From: Trypanosoma brucei
Lineage: Eukaryota
Direction: 5' to 3'
DNA length: 64,000 nt
Assembly: GCA_000002445.1 (NCBI GenBank)
Contig: CP000070.1
Location: 64,001-128,000 of the forward strand
Notes under the pieces: generated by a model
What the model was told of the DNA's origin: nothing
The model's database searches: none
The model's input: only the letters and a program-made list of their open reading frames with translations
In this document: piece after piece, positions 22,901 to 34,391 of the stretch
Numbering within the stretch: position 1 is the first letter of the stretch
How the letters are laid out: the number at the start of each line of letters is the position of its first letter
Program-made: the position numbers and the translations under genes

Positions 22901-23349
22901 ACGCACGAAAATGCGAAATATGAGGAAGGAAAAGAAGGAGCTGTTCCTTTGCGACAAATAAACAAAACAAACACATGCATCTAACACTTTTGCACCCAAC
23001 GCCACTACACTCCCCTTTATGCTTTGAAAAATAAAACAAGAAAAACAACGAAAACACAAGCACTCATGCTCAAGAGGATAAAAGGGAGCAAGGAGAAGTT
23101 TTTTAAATTTTTTTTTAAAGGTTCACTAACTTTATTAACTGCCAAAACATGGAGTTACAGAATACAGGCGCGCACACGAAGAAAGAAAACAAGTAACCCC
23201 TCTCCCACCCCCCACCCCCCAAAAAATACGTAACGTAGTGGTCACATTCCAATATATCCATACATTAATCCATCCTGTCATGCACGTGAATACATAACCA
23301 ACACCAATAACAACGAAAAAAAAAAAGGAGCTTCATTTAATCAACTTCA

Positions 23350-26154
23350 TCAACTGCCAATGCGGCTCCTTTCGAAGGCGTTTAGTTGCGATGTGGCTTC
23401 CATGGTCTTTTTCAATTGCGTGCAGAATAGATTAATACCAACAAGAATAGCAATGCTCATATTCATGTCGTGATTGATTGTAAAATCTTTTGGAGCAAGC
23501 AAGAAACTTGCATTACGCGGCGCTGTTAGCTCCTCACAATCAAGTAGTTCGTCCAATCGTAGCGTATCGCCAAAAGAAAGACTCATTTCATTTGCATCAT
23601 GCGCAAAACTCGCACCATCAAAAGTGCAGCTCATGTCCAGGAAATTATGGTTTGGAAACTTTCCAAGTTTTATCTGCACCGCATTTCTCCTCAATCCCGC
23701 AATAATATCCTCGTACACACTTTTAAAAGCGGCCCTCAACAGCACAGTTAACTCGCGGAGTTTCGAGTAGTGTTCCGCAGCCAAGTCATAAGACCATTCC
23801 ATTGGTTTGTGGACCGCGTCTACGAAGTCTTGCATCACATGAACGGAGTATTTGTCAATTTCCCGCACAACAGGTTGTATTGTTGCGAACACTTGCTGGA
23901 TCTCATGATCCATTCCCCCTGGCCGCTGCCTGTGTGTGTGTAATAATCCAAGTAAAATAATATCCACAGAGGCTGCGAGGCGCCGCAAGACGGGAACAAA
24001 CTCCTCTTGACCACGCGCAGGATACGGTATACCGTGAAGAATAGGTTCTGTTGCCGCTACTCCCATGCACACGCGTACCGATTTCAACGTTTCCCACACC
24101 GCCTCCCTCCGTCCCTTAATCCTTAGCAAAAGTGACATTATTTCACTTCCCTCATCGTCTCCTTCACCAACTGGGGGATGGACGAGTCCCATAAGTTCCG
24201 AAAAGTTCTCTGACAATGCTTTCACCACACATACTTCCGTATTGTGCAACACCTTGATTGGGTCTACAGGGAATATGAACACAACTATCGCGTAATATGA
24301 CATCACTGAAAATGCATTTGATACGAGTCGACTGAGTGTGAGACGGAAGTCAGAGACCACGTGCAGAGAAGGTGGAAGTGTTATTGCGCAATGAAGAGCA
24401 CAACTAGCATAGGCTGGAGCTACACGCGCAAAAAGTGCGATGAATACCCCAAAAAGCACGCAGACGAACGATTCCCAACCATGATGATAGTTCCGGTCGA
24501 CAGCATACGCCAGGGATGTGGAAAAGAGAAGTCCCGCAACACGCTGCACTCCACTCATTATAGACTCACCAGCTGTGGGTAAGCCCACACCCATGAGAAT
24601 AGTCATGCCGAAATAGTAAACATTCTCCTTGTCGATGTAAAGTGAATACGCACACCCAACAATATACGCACAAGCAATTTTAAAAGCGTTCTTGAATACG
24701 CGTACATCATGGGGTGTGGCTAATGTGAAACGATTTTTGATCATCTTAACGAAGCCGTGGAAGACATCTAAGAAGAAAAACTCAATGAAGCGTCGCGATC
24801 CCGATTTGAATCGCGAAGGGTCAAAATTTCGGAGGTTTTCCGCATATTTGTGGATTTCCTCGCCTAACAAGATCATCATATGATGGGCAAATACCAGGTG
24901 CATATACCAAACAGTATCCTCAGGTACAAAATCGTGCGCCATGGTGTCGTAGTGTAGCTTGTCAAGTGCTGATTGAAGGTTAGATGTTGCAGTGGCGAAT
25001 TCGTCGAAAGGAACCCGCTCGATAACATCACGGGGTTCGAGCACCGTAGAGAGCTGCTCCATAGTGTTACTCAAGGCATCACAAAAACAATTCACGGAGT
25101 CGTTGAGTCGCTCAAGCGCCGTGCTCATTATCGCGTCTTCGCCCATTTTTTCAGTGCTCCTGTGCCGGTGCTTTCGATATGCCCCTTCTGCACTCATTAT
25201 ACGCGCCACTGCTGTAAGGCCGTGTAACATAGGCATAACGTCCTGCAAAACCTTTAAGCGTTCCCTCCGCAATTCTAACTGACGCGTGGAAACCCACACC
25301 TCGTAGGAGACGTAGGTTAGTTGGCCGGGAATGGTAATGAAACAGTCTTGCAAGGGATCTGAGCTTAGCTTTGGGAGTGTTAATTGAACTTCTAACGGAT
25401 CCTTCGACCAACAAACCTTCGCTGCGTCGCGTACGATGGCGGCTAAATACCCGCAAGCCTTTGCCATCTCTCTGTCCACACGACGGTTCATACTTACTGG
25501 AAGAAGAATCGCCTGTAACTGTGCGAAAAATGCACTCATAATTATGTCACGCCCAACAAGCAAAGCTGTGAGGGCGCTCCACTCTTCTTTCGATCGCTGC
25601 ACTTCCATAACGATGATCGTAAACAAAACGGCCTGTCGCCTGCACCGCAAGTTACCCGTGAGTCCAACAGCAAAACAACCGAGGAAAGCTAAGGACCACC
25701 ACAGCGCTTCGTTTTTAGGTATATCAAACAAACTTAAGAAACTGCCCCATATCGTGCTCCAAACCCCGACTTGGACTAATGTGATGGTAAAGGAAACTTG
25801 TTCCCCGACGGTATCTTGGCTATTGGCCACACCTAAAAGCCCGAGGACAGCATACATGGGAAGTTTCTCCTTGTAGAAGTGTGAAATTAGCATCAGAGGG
25901 AGCGCAGCAACCAACGTGATGCGCAACGCCAGCATTGCGGAGTATCTACAATTGGGAGATTTTATGGTTTTCCAGAAGGAAGTGATTGTTCCTGAATCGT
26001 CGCCGAGGTTTTTCCATACATGAAGAACCGGTTTTTCAGCATCCGTTCCGCTAATTGGACCCGCCGATCGCGTAGAAGTGCTCTCCGGAAGTTTTTTCCC
26101 GTACACGTCCCCTTTTATTGGTTCGGCCGCGCTGCAACGCCTGGAGGGTCGCAT
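23350..26154 (-). CDS. Large multipass membrane protein, possibly ArAE/FUSC-like transporter family (weak).
   Basis: 934-aa ORF with multiple clustered hydrophobic helices near both ends and a long soluble middle. No catalytic motif recognised. Confidence 0.5.
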   Translation of the reverse strand: MRPSRRCSAAEPIKGDVYGKKLPESTSTRSAGPISGTDAEKPVLHVWKNLGDDSGTITSFWKTIKSPNCRYSAMLALRITLVAALPLMLISHFYKEKLPMYAVLGLLGVANSQDTVGEQVSFTITLVQVGVWSTIWGSFLSLFDIPKNEALWWSLAFLGCFAVGLTGNLRCRRQAVLFTIIVMEVQRSKEEWSALTALLVGRDIIMSAFFAQLQAILLPVSMNRRVDREMAKACGYLAAIVRDAAKVCWSKDPLEVQLTLPKLSSDPLQDCFITIPGQLTYVSYEVWVSTRQLELRRERLKVLQDVMPMLHGLTAVARIMSAEGAYRKHRHRSTEKMGEDAIMSTALERLNDSVNCFCDALSNTMEQLSTVLEPRDVIERVPFDEFATATSNLQSALDKLHYDTMAHDFVPEDTVWYMHLVFAHHMMILLGEEIHKYAENLRNFDPSRFKSGSRRFIEFFFLDVFHGFVKMIKNRFTLATPHDVRVFKNAFKIACAYIVGCAYSLYIDKENVYYFGMTILMGVGLPTAGESIMSGVQRVAGLLFSTSLAYAVDRNYHHGWESFVCVLFGVFIALFARVAPAYASCALHCAITLPPSLHVVSDFRLTLSRLVSNAFSVMSYYAIVVFIFPVDPIKVLHNTEVCVVKALSENFSELMGLVHPPVGEGDDEGSEIMSLLLRIKGRREAVWETLKSVRVCMGVAATEPILHGIPYPARGQEEFVPVLRRLAASVDIILLGLLHTHRQRPGGMDHEIQQVFATIQPVVREIDKYSVHVMQDFVDAVHKPMEWSYDLAAEHYSKLRELTVLLRAAFKSVYEDIIAGLRRNAVQIKLGKFPNHNFLDMSCTFDGASFAHDANEMSLSFGDTLRLDELLDCEELTAPRNASFLLAPKDFTINHDMNMSIAILVGINLFCTQLKKTMEATSQLNAFERSRIGS

Positions 26155-26639
26155 TACTCATGCAATGCAGGCAGCAGTCGCTTGCCCCGCGCACCAACGT
26201 TAACACGTATCACCCCAAGGGCCCTTCCAGTCCCCTCTTTTTTTTTTTTTGGTGCTTCCTTCACCTACACCAACCCTTTCATTGGGAAAGAGTTCACCTC
26301 GAAAGAAATGTGTGTGTTCATAAAGAACACAGAGAAGTATTGGAGAAAGGAAATGCTTGGGTAGTAACAAAAGTCTGAAAACAACAACAACAACATCAAC
26401 ATTATAGTATTTTCCATTCCAATAACAAATACGGCAAAGGAATAGTTATTATCACAATAGTGAGATAAACAAAAAGACGACGATGGCACATGTTTCAAAA
26501 TTACTGAGTGGGAGGGAGGACGAAGCCGGGTTGTGATATGGTGAACGAGCAAGGGACTCTTCAGTCTCCCATTCACCTACAACACAGCAACAAAACCCCA
26601 AAAACAAAAACAAAAACAAATAAACACACGTTTTGCCAG

Positions 26640-28334
26640 TTAATACGTGTGACCGTTGAGCACACTATTGTCTGCCAGCGCCGAGATTCTCATTTTCCTC
26701 GCATCGCCGCGACCGCTTTCCACGCATGAAAATAATTGCTCTCGCGCCCGTCGCTCCCTCGTAGATATTTGCTGCCGTTTCACGTGCTCCACGCGCTCGC
26801 AAATATAAACAGGAACTTCCCCGTGGTTCTGCAAGCGCAAGATATGCCTTTGTTCCGTTGTGAAACAGTGACCAGCTGTAACATGTTTAACGTTACGAGA
26901 AACAGCGAGAGTTGAAGGGTTGGAAGATAACGTACTTCCGTGGCTGGGCGTATCACCGCAGGAATGTGTGCTTTGAGTGGCGGGTGCATAAGGACTACTA
27001 CTGCAACTGCGTATGTCTCGCATGCTTGACAGTGTTCCATCACTTCGCGGTATAGGTATTTTCTGTTGTTTTGGGCACACCTTCCCTTCCACTGGTAGTT
27101 TAAAATCATTTATGTTTTCTATGAGTTCACGCATACACTCTTCTTCAGTTACCATTAGCGACTTACTCGTTATATGATGTATCATCAACTGGCGGTGAGC
27201 ATCAATAAGCTCCAACGACACGTGGGATTCCCTTTCAATTTGGGTGCGCTGTGTTGCTTCTGTTTCATACAATAATGTTTGAACGAAAGGTAACAAACGC
27301 ACGTGCTTTTTATACAAAATCGGGCTTTCCATATTTACACATACTGTCTTCACCGACCCTTTCACTACGGGAGAACACTCATCGCTGTCCGTGCTGCTAT
27401 CCTTTATGTAATTTCCGTTAACCCAAACCTTCTTCTTTTCTTCAATAAGTTTTTCTTGTGACTGCGCCACTAGAGTTTGGTTGTTGAGTTCTGATAACAC
27501 CGATGACGGTGTGTAATGTGGCGTGGCAGCGCTAATAACCGCGGTTACTTCTTCACGCGCGGCAACAACAAATGATGTAAAGTAAATTCGCTCCTCCGAA
27601 ACAATAACATACCGTTGAATTGTCTCCTCCGCGATACATCGCAGAAGCCACAAAAACTGCGTATCTTCGCGAGCTTCTATGAATATTTGTTCGGGTGTGC
27701 AACATTCACCCTTAAAATCGGAGGGCGATAGTTCATAATTGGACGGTCTCCGGGACATTCCGCTAAGAAGTGGTTTTGAGGGAACATCATTAGTTATTCC
27801 ATCATTTGTTAATAATTCTATACGTCCAGTTCCCAGGGCGTGTGGCATTAACTCCTCATGTATGGAACGTTGCTGACGGAAATGCATACCGGTATTTGAG
27901 GACGGGCATAACTGTTGTATAGCTGCTAATTTCCCTTCGCAGAATGCAATGGCGGCATCCACCTTGCCGACTAAACTCAGCGCTTCCACCAGTGGTGCTT
28001 CTTTTCCAGTGCCGCAGTTGCCTTTCCGTTGCGGTAATTTTCTTTCACGACTCGCATTCGCAGCAAATGCAACACCTGCGGAGAATTTCTTCCCACCACG
28101 TCGTTTCTTTTCCAAATCCACCAATTTCGTGTCTCCCGCAAGCAGTTGGTACGCCGTAATTATTCCTTCTCCAAATATTATCTGATCACCAGCGAGGCGA
28201 TGCACTATTGCCCTGTCGAGATTCCGTAAACGATGTGAATAAACCGCTGCATTTGCTTCTAATTTTGTCATTTCACTGCCTTTCAAAATATGCGCAAGGG
28301 GGACAAACCTCCTTTTCCTCTTCTTTTTTTCCAC
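26640..28334 (-). CDS. Hypothetical protein with a basic N-terminus (KKKRKRR).
   Basis: Uninterrupted 564-aa ORF in the same orientation as its neighbours. No motif recognised. Confidence 0.45.
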   Translation of the reverse strand: MEKKKRKRRFVPLAHILKGSEMTKLEANAAVYSHRLRNLDRAIVHRLAGDQIIFGEGIITAYQLLAGDTKLVDLEKKRRGGKKFSAGVAFAANASRERKLPQRKGNCGTGKEAPLVEALSLVGKVDAAIAFCEGKLAAIQQLCPSSNTGMHFRQQRSIHEELMPHALGTGRIELLTNDGITNDVPSKPLLSGMSRRPSNYELSPSDFKGECCTPEQIFIEAREDTQFLWLLRCIAEETIQRYVIVSEERIYFTSFVVAAREEVTAVISAATPHYTPSSVLSELNNQTLVAQSQEKLIEEKKKVWVNGNYIKDSSTDSDECSPVVKGSVKTVCVNMESPILYKKHVRLLPFVQTLLYETEATQRTQIERESHVSLELIDAHRQLMIHHITSKSLMVTEEECMRELIENINDFKLPVEGKVCPKQQKIPIPRSDGTLSSMRDIRSCSSSPYAPATQSTHSCGDTPSHGSTLSSNPSTLAVSRNVKHVTAGHCFTTEQRHILRLQNHGEVPVYICERVEHVKRQQISTRERRAREQLFSCVESGRGDARKMRISALADNSVLNGHTY

Positions 28335-29675
28335 TCGTTCCTTCTCAATGAAACGTTAAACAGCATGAAATGGGAAAAAGAGGAGAGGGAAAAAGAAAAA
28401 ATATATATAGAAACAGAAATGAGTTTGATGTAGAATTTCAAAATATTTCCCCCCCTTACACATTGCTAGAGGTTCTTAAAGAATAAATAATAGCAATAAT
28501 AGAAGACTATTGTGATACCATGAAAACATGCCGGCACGTGAACATACAAACACCGTCATCAAAACCCATACACACATACACATACACGCACATATAAATT
28601 TATAAATTTATTTATTTATTCAATACCGTACAAAATGAGCACACAAATACAGATCTCTTAAAGGTAATTTTATCTCTTTGGGTAAATGTGGCACGGGATA
28701 TGGCCTATGAAGACACAAGAAAAGAAGTGCTAGGTATGAAAAAAAAAATAGGCGAACGAAGTACCGCATAAGCAACTGAAAAAGTCAAAAAAAAAGAATA
28801 GGTGAAAGAAGAAGAAATAAGAAAACAAAATAAAGAAAGGTCCCTCACATATAAGAGGAACTGGAGGTGTTAAGTGTTACTTTCATCCCGAAACGGATAT
28901 GAGGTAAATGTAACACGAAAAGAAATAACCGTAAGAAAAGAGTGTTGGAACTATTGCCAACATCCCGTTGGGACTCATACAAATAATAAATAGCAACAAA
29001 GAAAAAGACGATAAGACAGAAATTGAAAGGAAAAGAGAGAGTAACAGATAAACTGCACCATCCCGTTAGATGGCGCCAGCAATCATGCCATAAACAAATC
29101 AAAATACAAAATGGAGAAGGAACGCGGGTGTCAAAAATATGAATTGGGGGTAATGGGAAACGGGAAGGAAAAAAAAAAAGAACATCATTCAATAAGGGGC
29201 TTTGCTGAGAGTCTTGGTTAAAAAAAAATAAAAAAACAAAAAGGAATAGCACCGTTAAACAGAACGAATCGTCCCTAATATCCGTCTATTCTTTTTTTGT
29301 CAACCCCCCCCAAAAAAAGATATTCAGTCACTACACCTTTTCCGAGATTTTAAAAGAATAAATAATACATATGTATGTATTTATTTATTCTTTCCTCTCT
29401 TGACTCTTTGTTTTATTAATGAACACTATCAAAGGCAATTGCGACCTTTTTTTCTCTTTTATTTTTTTTGTTGCTTCGACACTCAAATGGGTCTTACCTC
29501 TCTCCCCTCTGGCGATATAAAGTGCCCGTTAAAACAAAAGAGAGGAGGAGGGGAGGGAATAAATACAAAGAGCAAAATCTACACACATTCATTAGCAATA
29601 CACGATGGAAGGAAAAAAAAAGCACGCAACTTCATCAACAAATGATAACACCAATTCAAGCAACCACTGTAGGTT

Positions 29676-32600
29676 TTACTCGCCGTCAACGAAACGGACA
29701 TCCTTCTTTCCATACTTTTCACGTCTTCTTTGAATGGTTCGATGGAGGAAACTTTTCAACGCAGTCCTTATGGCGCTCTCGGCCTTTTCCACACTTATTC
29801 CCATGTCTTTAAGCAAATCATCTTGCTTGTAACCCATAGATCCCTCATTTCCAGCACATGGAAGAGAAATCTCCTGGTGTTTAGTTGTCATGAGTTTTTG
29901 CGGTTGCGGCCGTCCCGGATGGTCAACAGAAAATTGTTCAGCAAAGCAGATATCACCAATTGATACGACAACAGAGGCAGGAGGTGTAATGTACTGCACC
30001 CGATTGCTTAGCACCCAATAACTCAGAACCTCATCCATGGGGTATGATTTCACTTCATCAAGTAATTGAGGGGGTGGTGTGCCCTCAAAGAGAGCGAGCG
30101 CATACCTGCCAGTGCGAACCGCACCATCCTCAGGAAACATCTTCAACAACGTCCAACCCACTTGCTCGACAAGAAGTTGTCTGCCTTCGTATTTTGGTAT
30201 GGTGTCCAAGTTTGTTATTCTCAATAGATACTTTTCAGCAACGGTAAAAGGGTGCGCCTTCACCATCCTTATTGCTTTGATGGGGTCATCGAAGTGTGGT
30301 GCACCAACATCCGACGACCAGCGAAATTTTTTGGTGTATGCTATGTTATTATGACCATTTATGTTGATGGATGTAACGACAACGTAAAGAGCTTCCCTTG
30401 TGCACATACCATGTACAGCCTCCGTGAGAATAAAGAAACCACGATTGGGGTCGTACGGCACAATGCTGCTGAAGTCCCGAAAGGATTGTGACCTTTGCTG
30501 GCCAAATGCCCTCATGGGTTCACCAATATCAGTATAATGAAACGACTTGCTGGTGTCAAGTGCTTCGCGTACAGAAAACAACTCCACTTCTCCATTCGAT
30601 AGCGGAGGCTCTCCGGGGTACTCAAAGGACGGTGCGTTCGGGTCAGAACCGACACACCATGAAATAAATCCACATGGATGACATTCGGCACGTGACTTCA
30701 ACGGTTGCAGAAGCTTGTCGTAAAGCGCTGCTGCATCAAACTTTCCCTCTGCGACTGCATGTTGGCGCTGTTTGGAGCTCCTGTACGATGTAAGAATGGA
30801 GGTGGGGCCTGAGAGCCTGTCAACATGCACCGACCGCGCTTCGGGTTCTCGGGGATCGCCTAATCGGATGCGTGAAAGGAAGTTTCCGACCGGTGCTAGC
30901 GTATGGATGGGAAGACTGACGTGGCCAAACGTGGTGGGGCCACATTTTGGGTTTGTAATGTATTCGATGATAACAATGGCATAAGTGTTGTTAGTAACCA
31001 TAATATCATCAAATTTGATGTCAAAGGTTGGTGATGTACCATTCCCACCACTTTTCTGATAACCAATAGCATTTGGTGGTCTCATGAACAGCTCACAATC
31101 AGAGGAGTCATTCACCAGCCCCTTTGTTTGACGGCTGATATAGTTGACAAAGTAAACCAAAACGCGAGCACACAAACAGTTCGGTGGTAGTCCAACAATT
31201 TTGTTAACACGCAAATCCACAGACGCAAAAGCCTCCCTTTCACTTCCAATTTTACGAGAGCTCGGTGCATCGCCCTCACTGCGGAGACCAAGCAAAACAC
31301 AAGCAGATAGAGGTGAGACTCTCTCCTCCACTGGAAACCTCTGCGACCCCGAGCCACCAGTAATTTTGTCCCCATTTCCATCGTTGTTGCGACCGCGGTT
31401 ACGCGTACCCGAGGCACCATTGGTTTTGGTGTCGGAACGTTCACCTTTCGAGGAAACACAACCTCCATTTGATTGACATGTCACGGCACCGGTATGATCC
31501 CTACCATCCCTTCCGTCCATACCGCCACGTCGAAACCGCCTCAATGTTGCAGTTGAGTTCTGAGGATCTGAGGGAGATGTAGTTTCCCTTTCCTCCTTGT
31601 ATTCACGTGGATACGGCCTCAATGTTGCAGTTGAGTTCTGAGGATCTGAGGGAGATGTACTTTCCCTTTCCTCTCTGTATTCACGTGGATACGGCCTCAA
31701 TGTTGCAGTTGAGTTCTGAGGATCTGAGGGAGATGTAGTTTCCCTTTCCTCCTTGTATTCACGTGGATACGGCCTCAATGTTGCAGTTGAGTTCTGAGGA
31801 CCTGAGGGAGATGTAGTTTCCCTTTCCTCCTTGTATTCACGTGGATACGGCCTCAATGTTGCAGTTGAGTTCTGAGGATCTGAGGGAGATGTAGTTTCCC
31901 TTTCCTCCTTGTATTCACGTGGATACGGCCTCAATGTTGCAGTTGAGTTCTGAGGATCTGAGGGAGATGTAGTTTCCCTTTCCTCCTTGTATTCACGTGG
32001 ATACGGCCTCAATGTTGCAGTTGAGTTCTGAGGACCTGAGGGAGATGTAGTTTCCCTTTCCTCCTTGTATTCACGTGGATACGGCCTCAATGTTGCAGTT
32101 GAGTTCTGAGGATCTGAGGGAGATGTAGTTTCCCTTTCCTCCTTGTATTCACGTGGATACGGCCTCAATGTTGCAGTTGAGTTCTGAGGATCTGAGGGAG
32201 ATGTAGTTTCCCTTTCCTCCTTGTATTCACGTGGATACGGCCTCAATGTTGCAGTTGAGTTCTGAGGATCTGAGGGAGATGTAGTTTCCCTTTCCTCCTT
32301 GTATTCACGTGGATACGGCCTCAATGTTGCAGTTGAGTTCTGAGGATCTGAGGGAGATGTAGTTTCCCTTTCCTCCTTGTATTCACGTGGATACGGCCTC
32401 AATGTTGCAGTTGAGTTCTGAGGATCTGAGGGAGATGTACTTTCCCTTTCCTCTCTGTATTCACGTGGATACGGCCTCAATGTTGCAGTTGAGTTCTGAG
32501 GATCTGAGGGAGATGTAGTTTCCCTTTCCTCCTTGTATTCACGTGGATACGGCCTCAATGTTGCAGTTGAGTTCTGAGGACCTGAGGGAGATGTACTTTC

Positions 32601-34391
32601 CCTTTCCTCTCTGTATTCACGTGGATACGGCCTCAATGTTGCAGTTGAGTTCTGAGGACCTGAGGGAGATGTACTTTCCCTTTCCTCCTTGTATTCACGT
32701 GGATACGGCCTCAATGTTGCAGTTGAGTTCTGAGGACCTGAGGGAGATGTAGTTTCCCTTTCCTCTCTGTATTCACGTGGATACGGTTTCAATATTGCAG
32801 TTGAGTTCTGAGGACCTGAGGGAGATGTAGTTTCCCTTTCCTCCCTGTATTCACGTGGATACGGCCTCAATGTTGCAGTTGAGTTCTGAGGACCTGAGGG
32901 AGATGTAGTTTCCCTTTCCTCTCTGTATTCACGTGGATACGGTTTCAATATTGCAGTTGAGTTCTGAGGACCTGAGGGAGATGTACTTTCCCTTTCCTCC
33001 TTGTGTGAAAAACTTTTTTTTGTCACTGGCGGGACTGGGGAGGCTGCTAATACCACTTTTCCGTTTTCGTCATAATTTTGTCGTTGCGTTTTAGTGTGTT
33101 GAATTGTCTCAGATGCTTTATCGACCCCTGTTTTAGCAGACATGCGGGGTCTAAGGTTTACTGCAGAAACACTGGGATCGTTCATGTTTTCTACCGTTTT
33201 GTTCGCAGCTGGCGGTTGCGACTCGAGACGATTCAAGTACGCTTCAGCTTCGCCTAAATCATCTGATGCTTTATCGGATATAAACCCTCGGAGTATAGGA
33301 TCATCTAAATTTATGTGCTCCACGACCAACGCAACCGCCATATCCACCGGTGGTTTCCTAAGTTTGCTTACCCATGGTCCTTCATACAAAGCATTCACAG
33401 ATGACCATGCGAACAAGCGCCCGCGGTATAGCAAATGTATTATGAACACGTGTAAGTCGTTGCATTCCGTTACGAAGAATTCCACTGGTTGCCCGAAAGA
33501 GGCATCAAATGATTTATTGTGCTCGCGCTTCATGTTGATGCTTCTGTATAGCCTGTGCCTAACTTCATGCAGGACTCGGGGCCCTTGACTTGAAACTACC
33601 TTGTACTCTTCCACACAAACGGTAAATTCGGTAGCTGGTGCGGTGATATCCATATCCTCAATGCCTTTAATGTTTAAACCGTATTTTCCCACACACAGCG
33701 ATGAGGTTTTAACCATTCGATTGAACTCAATAACGCAAACCTCTTCCCTGTTCCGGTTCCGTGTTGCCTCTCCACTGTTTAGTAGTTGATCCACCGCATC
33801 CGCATCCGCAGCCTCACCGAAACCGTCAAACAGCTCTTTTTCCCACTTTCCCGTTTCCGCCTTTCTGACTTTTGCCGGTGGAAGAGTCTCATCGTGATTA
33901 GGTCTGTCGTGCTGCTTTTCTTTCAGAGGTCGAGCCGTTATCGCGGATCTAAGCATGTCTCGTATCAAAGCAATATCTTTTCTCGTGTCCGCAATCACCC
34001 TTTCGTTAAGGGCTGCAGACTCCATTTGCTGAAGTGCCCGCTCCCGCATGTAAAGTTCCCTCGATGGAAGAAAAAGATTCAACCTTTCATTGGGTAGAGG
34101 CCTCAAATGTAACTGGCTGCTGGTCGAACTCACATCACGTCGATTCGTAGAGTTGTGGTTTGCACCTCCAATAATCTTCGGTAAGTCGAATGTGACCTTC
34201 TGAGAAGTTTCCTCATTGTAAAAAGAAACATCACACGACTTAACGGGCGTGGAGACTGCGAAAAGTTGAGACGCCGGAGACTCTTGCAGGTATTTGCCTT
34301 CAATTAGTAAGAAGCACTGAGGGACATGCTGTTGAGGCTTTAAAAAGCGTGAGTCTTCACTTATTCTGCCACAGTTGTCGCATTCACGCAT
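29676..34391 (-). CDS. Large hypothetical protein with about 19 tandem 26-aa Ser/Thr/Pro-rich repeats (YPREYKEERETTSPSDPQNSTATLRP).
   Basis: 1571-aa ORF. The central ~1.5 kb is a near-perfect 78-bp tandem repeat. Unique N- and C-terminal domains flank it. Confidence 0.65.
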   Translation of the reverse strand: MRECDNCGRISEDSRFLKPQQHVPQCFLLIEGKYLQESPASQLFAVSTPVKSCDVSFYNEETSQKVTFDLPKIIGGANHNSTNRRDVSSTSSQLHLRPLPNERLNLFLPSRELYMRERALQQMESAALNERVIADTRKDIALIRDMLRSAITARPLKEKQHDRPNHDETLPPAKVRKAETGKWEKELFDGFGEAADADAVDQLLNSGEATRNRNREEVCVIEFNRMVKTSSLCVGKYGLNIKGIEDMDITAPATEFTVCVEEYKVVSSQGPRVLHEVRHRLYRSINMKREHNKSFDASFGQPVEFFVTECNDLHVFIIHLLYRGRLFAWSSVNALYEGPWVSKLRKPPVDMAVALVVEHINLDDPILRGFISDKASDDLGEAEAYLNRLESQPPAANKTVENMNDPSVSAVNLRPRMSAKTGVDKASETIQHTKTQRQNYDENGKVVLAASPVPPVTKKSFSHKEERESTSPSGPQNSTAILKPYPREYREERETTSPSGPQNSTATLRPYPREYREERETTSPSGPQNSTAILKPYPREYREERETTSPSGPQNSTATLRPYPREYKEERESTSPSGPQNSTATLRPYPREYREERESTSPSGPQNSTATLRPYPREYKEERETTSPSDPQNSTATLRPYPREYREERESTSPSDPQNSTATLRPYPREYKEERETTSPSDPQNSTATLRPYPREYKEERETTSPSDPQNSTATLRPYPREYKEERETTSPSDPQNSTATLRPYPREYKEERETTSPSDPQNSTATLRPYPREYKEERETTSPSGPQNSTATLRPYPREYKEERETTSPSDPQNSTATLRPYPREYKEERETTSPSDPQNSTATLRPYPREYKEERETTSPSGPQNSTATLRPYPREYKEERETTSPSDPQNSTATLRPYPREYREERESTSPSDPQNSTATLRPYPREYKEERETTSPSDPQNSTATLRRFRRGGMDGRDGRDHTGAVTCQSNGGCVSSKGERSDTKTNGASGTRNRGRNNDGNGDKITGGSGSQRFPVEERVSPLSACVLLGLRSEGDAPSSRKIGSEREAFASVDLRVNKIVGLPPNCLCARVLVYFVNYISRQTKGLVNDSSDCELFMRPPNAIGYQKSGGNGTSPTFDIKFDDIMVTNNTYAIVIIEYITNPKCGPTTFGHVSLPIHTLAPVGNFLSRIRLGDPREPEARSVHVDRLSGPTSILTSYRSSKQRQHAVAEGKFDAAALYDKLLQPLKSRAECHPCGFISWCVGSDPNAPSFEYPGEPPLSNGEVELFSVREALDTSKSFHYTDIGEPMRAFGQQRSQSFRDFSSIVPYDPNRGFFILTEAVHGMCTREALYVVVTSININGHNNIAYTKKFRWSSDVGAPHFDDPIKAIRMVKAHPFTVAEKYLLRITNLDTIPKYEGRQLLVEQVGWTLLKMFPEDGAVRTGRYALALFEGTPPPQLLDEVKSYPMDEVLSYWVLSNRVQYITPPASVVVSIGDICFAEQFSVDHPGRPQPQKLMTTKHQEISLPCAGNEGSMGYKQDDLLKDMGISVEKAESAIRTALKSFLHRTIQRRREKYGKKDVRFVDGE
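31511..32996 (-). repeat. 78-bp coding tandem repeat, about 19 copies, with minor D/G, K/R, S/T and TL/IL variants.
   Basis: Period counted directly: tgaggatctgagggagatgtagtttccctttcctccttgtattcacgtggatacggcctcaatgttgcagttgagttc is 78 nt. Confidence 0.9.

Noticed and set aside
31511-32996. Possible CRISPR-like array, suggested by the regular 78-bp repeats.
   Set aside because: There are no unique spacers between the repeats, the block is an in-frame coding repeat inside a long ORF, and the context is eukaryotic.
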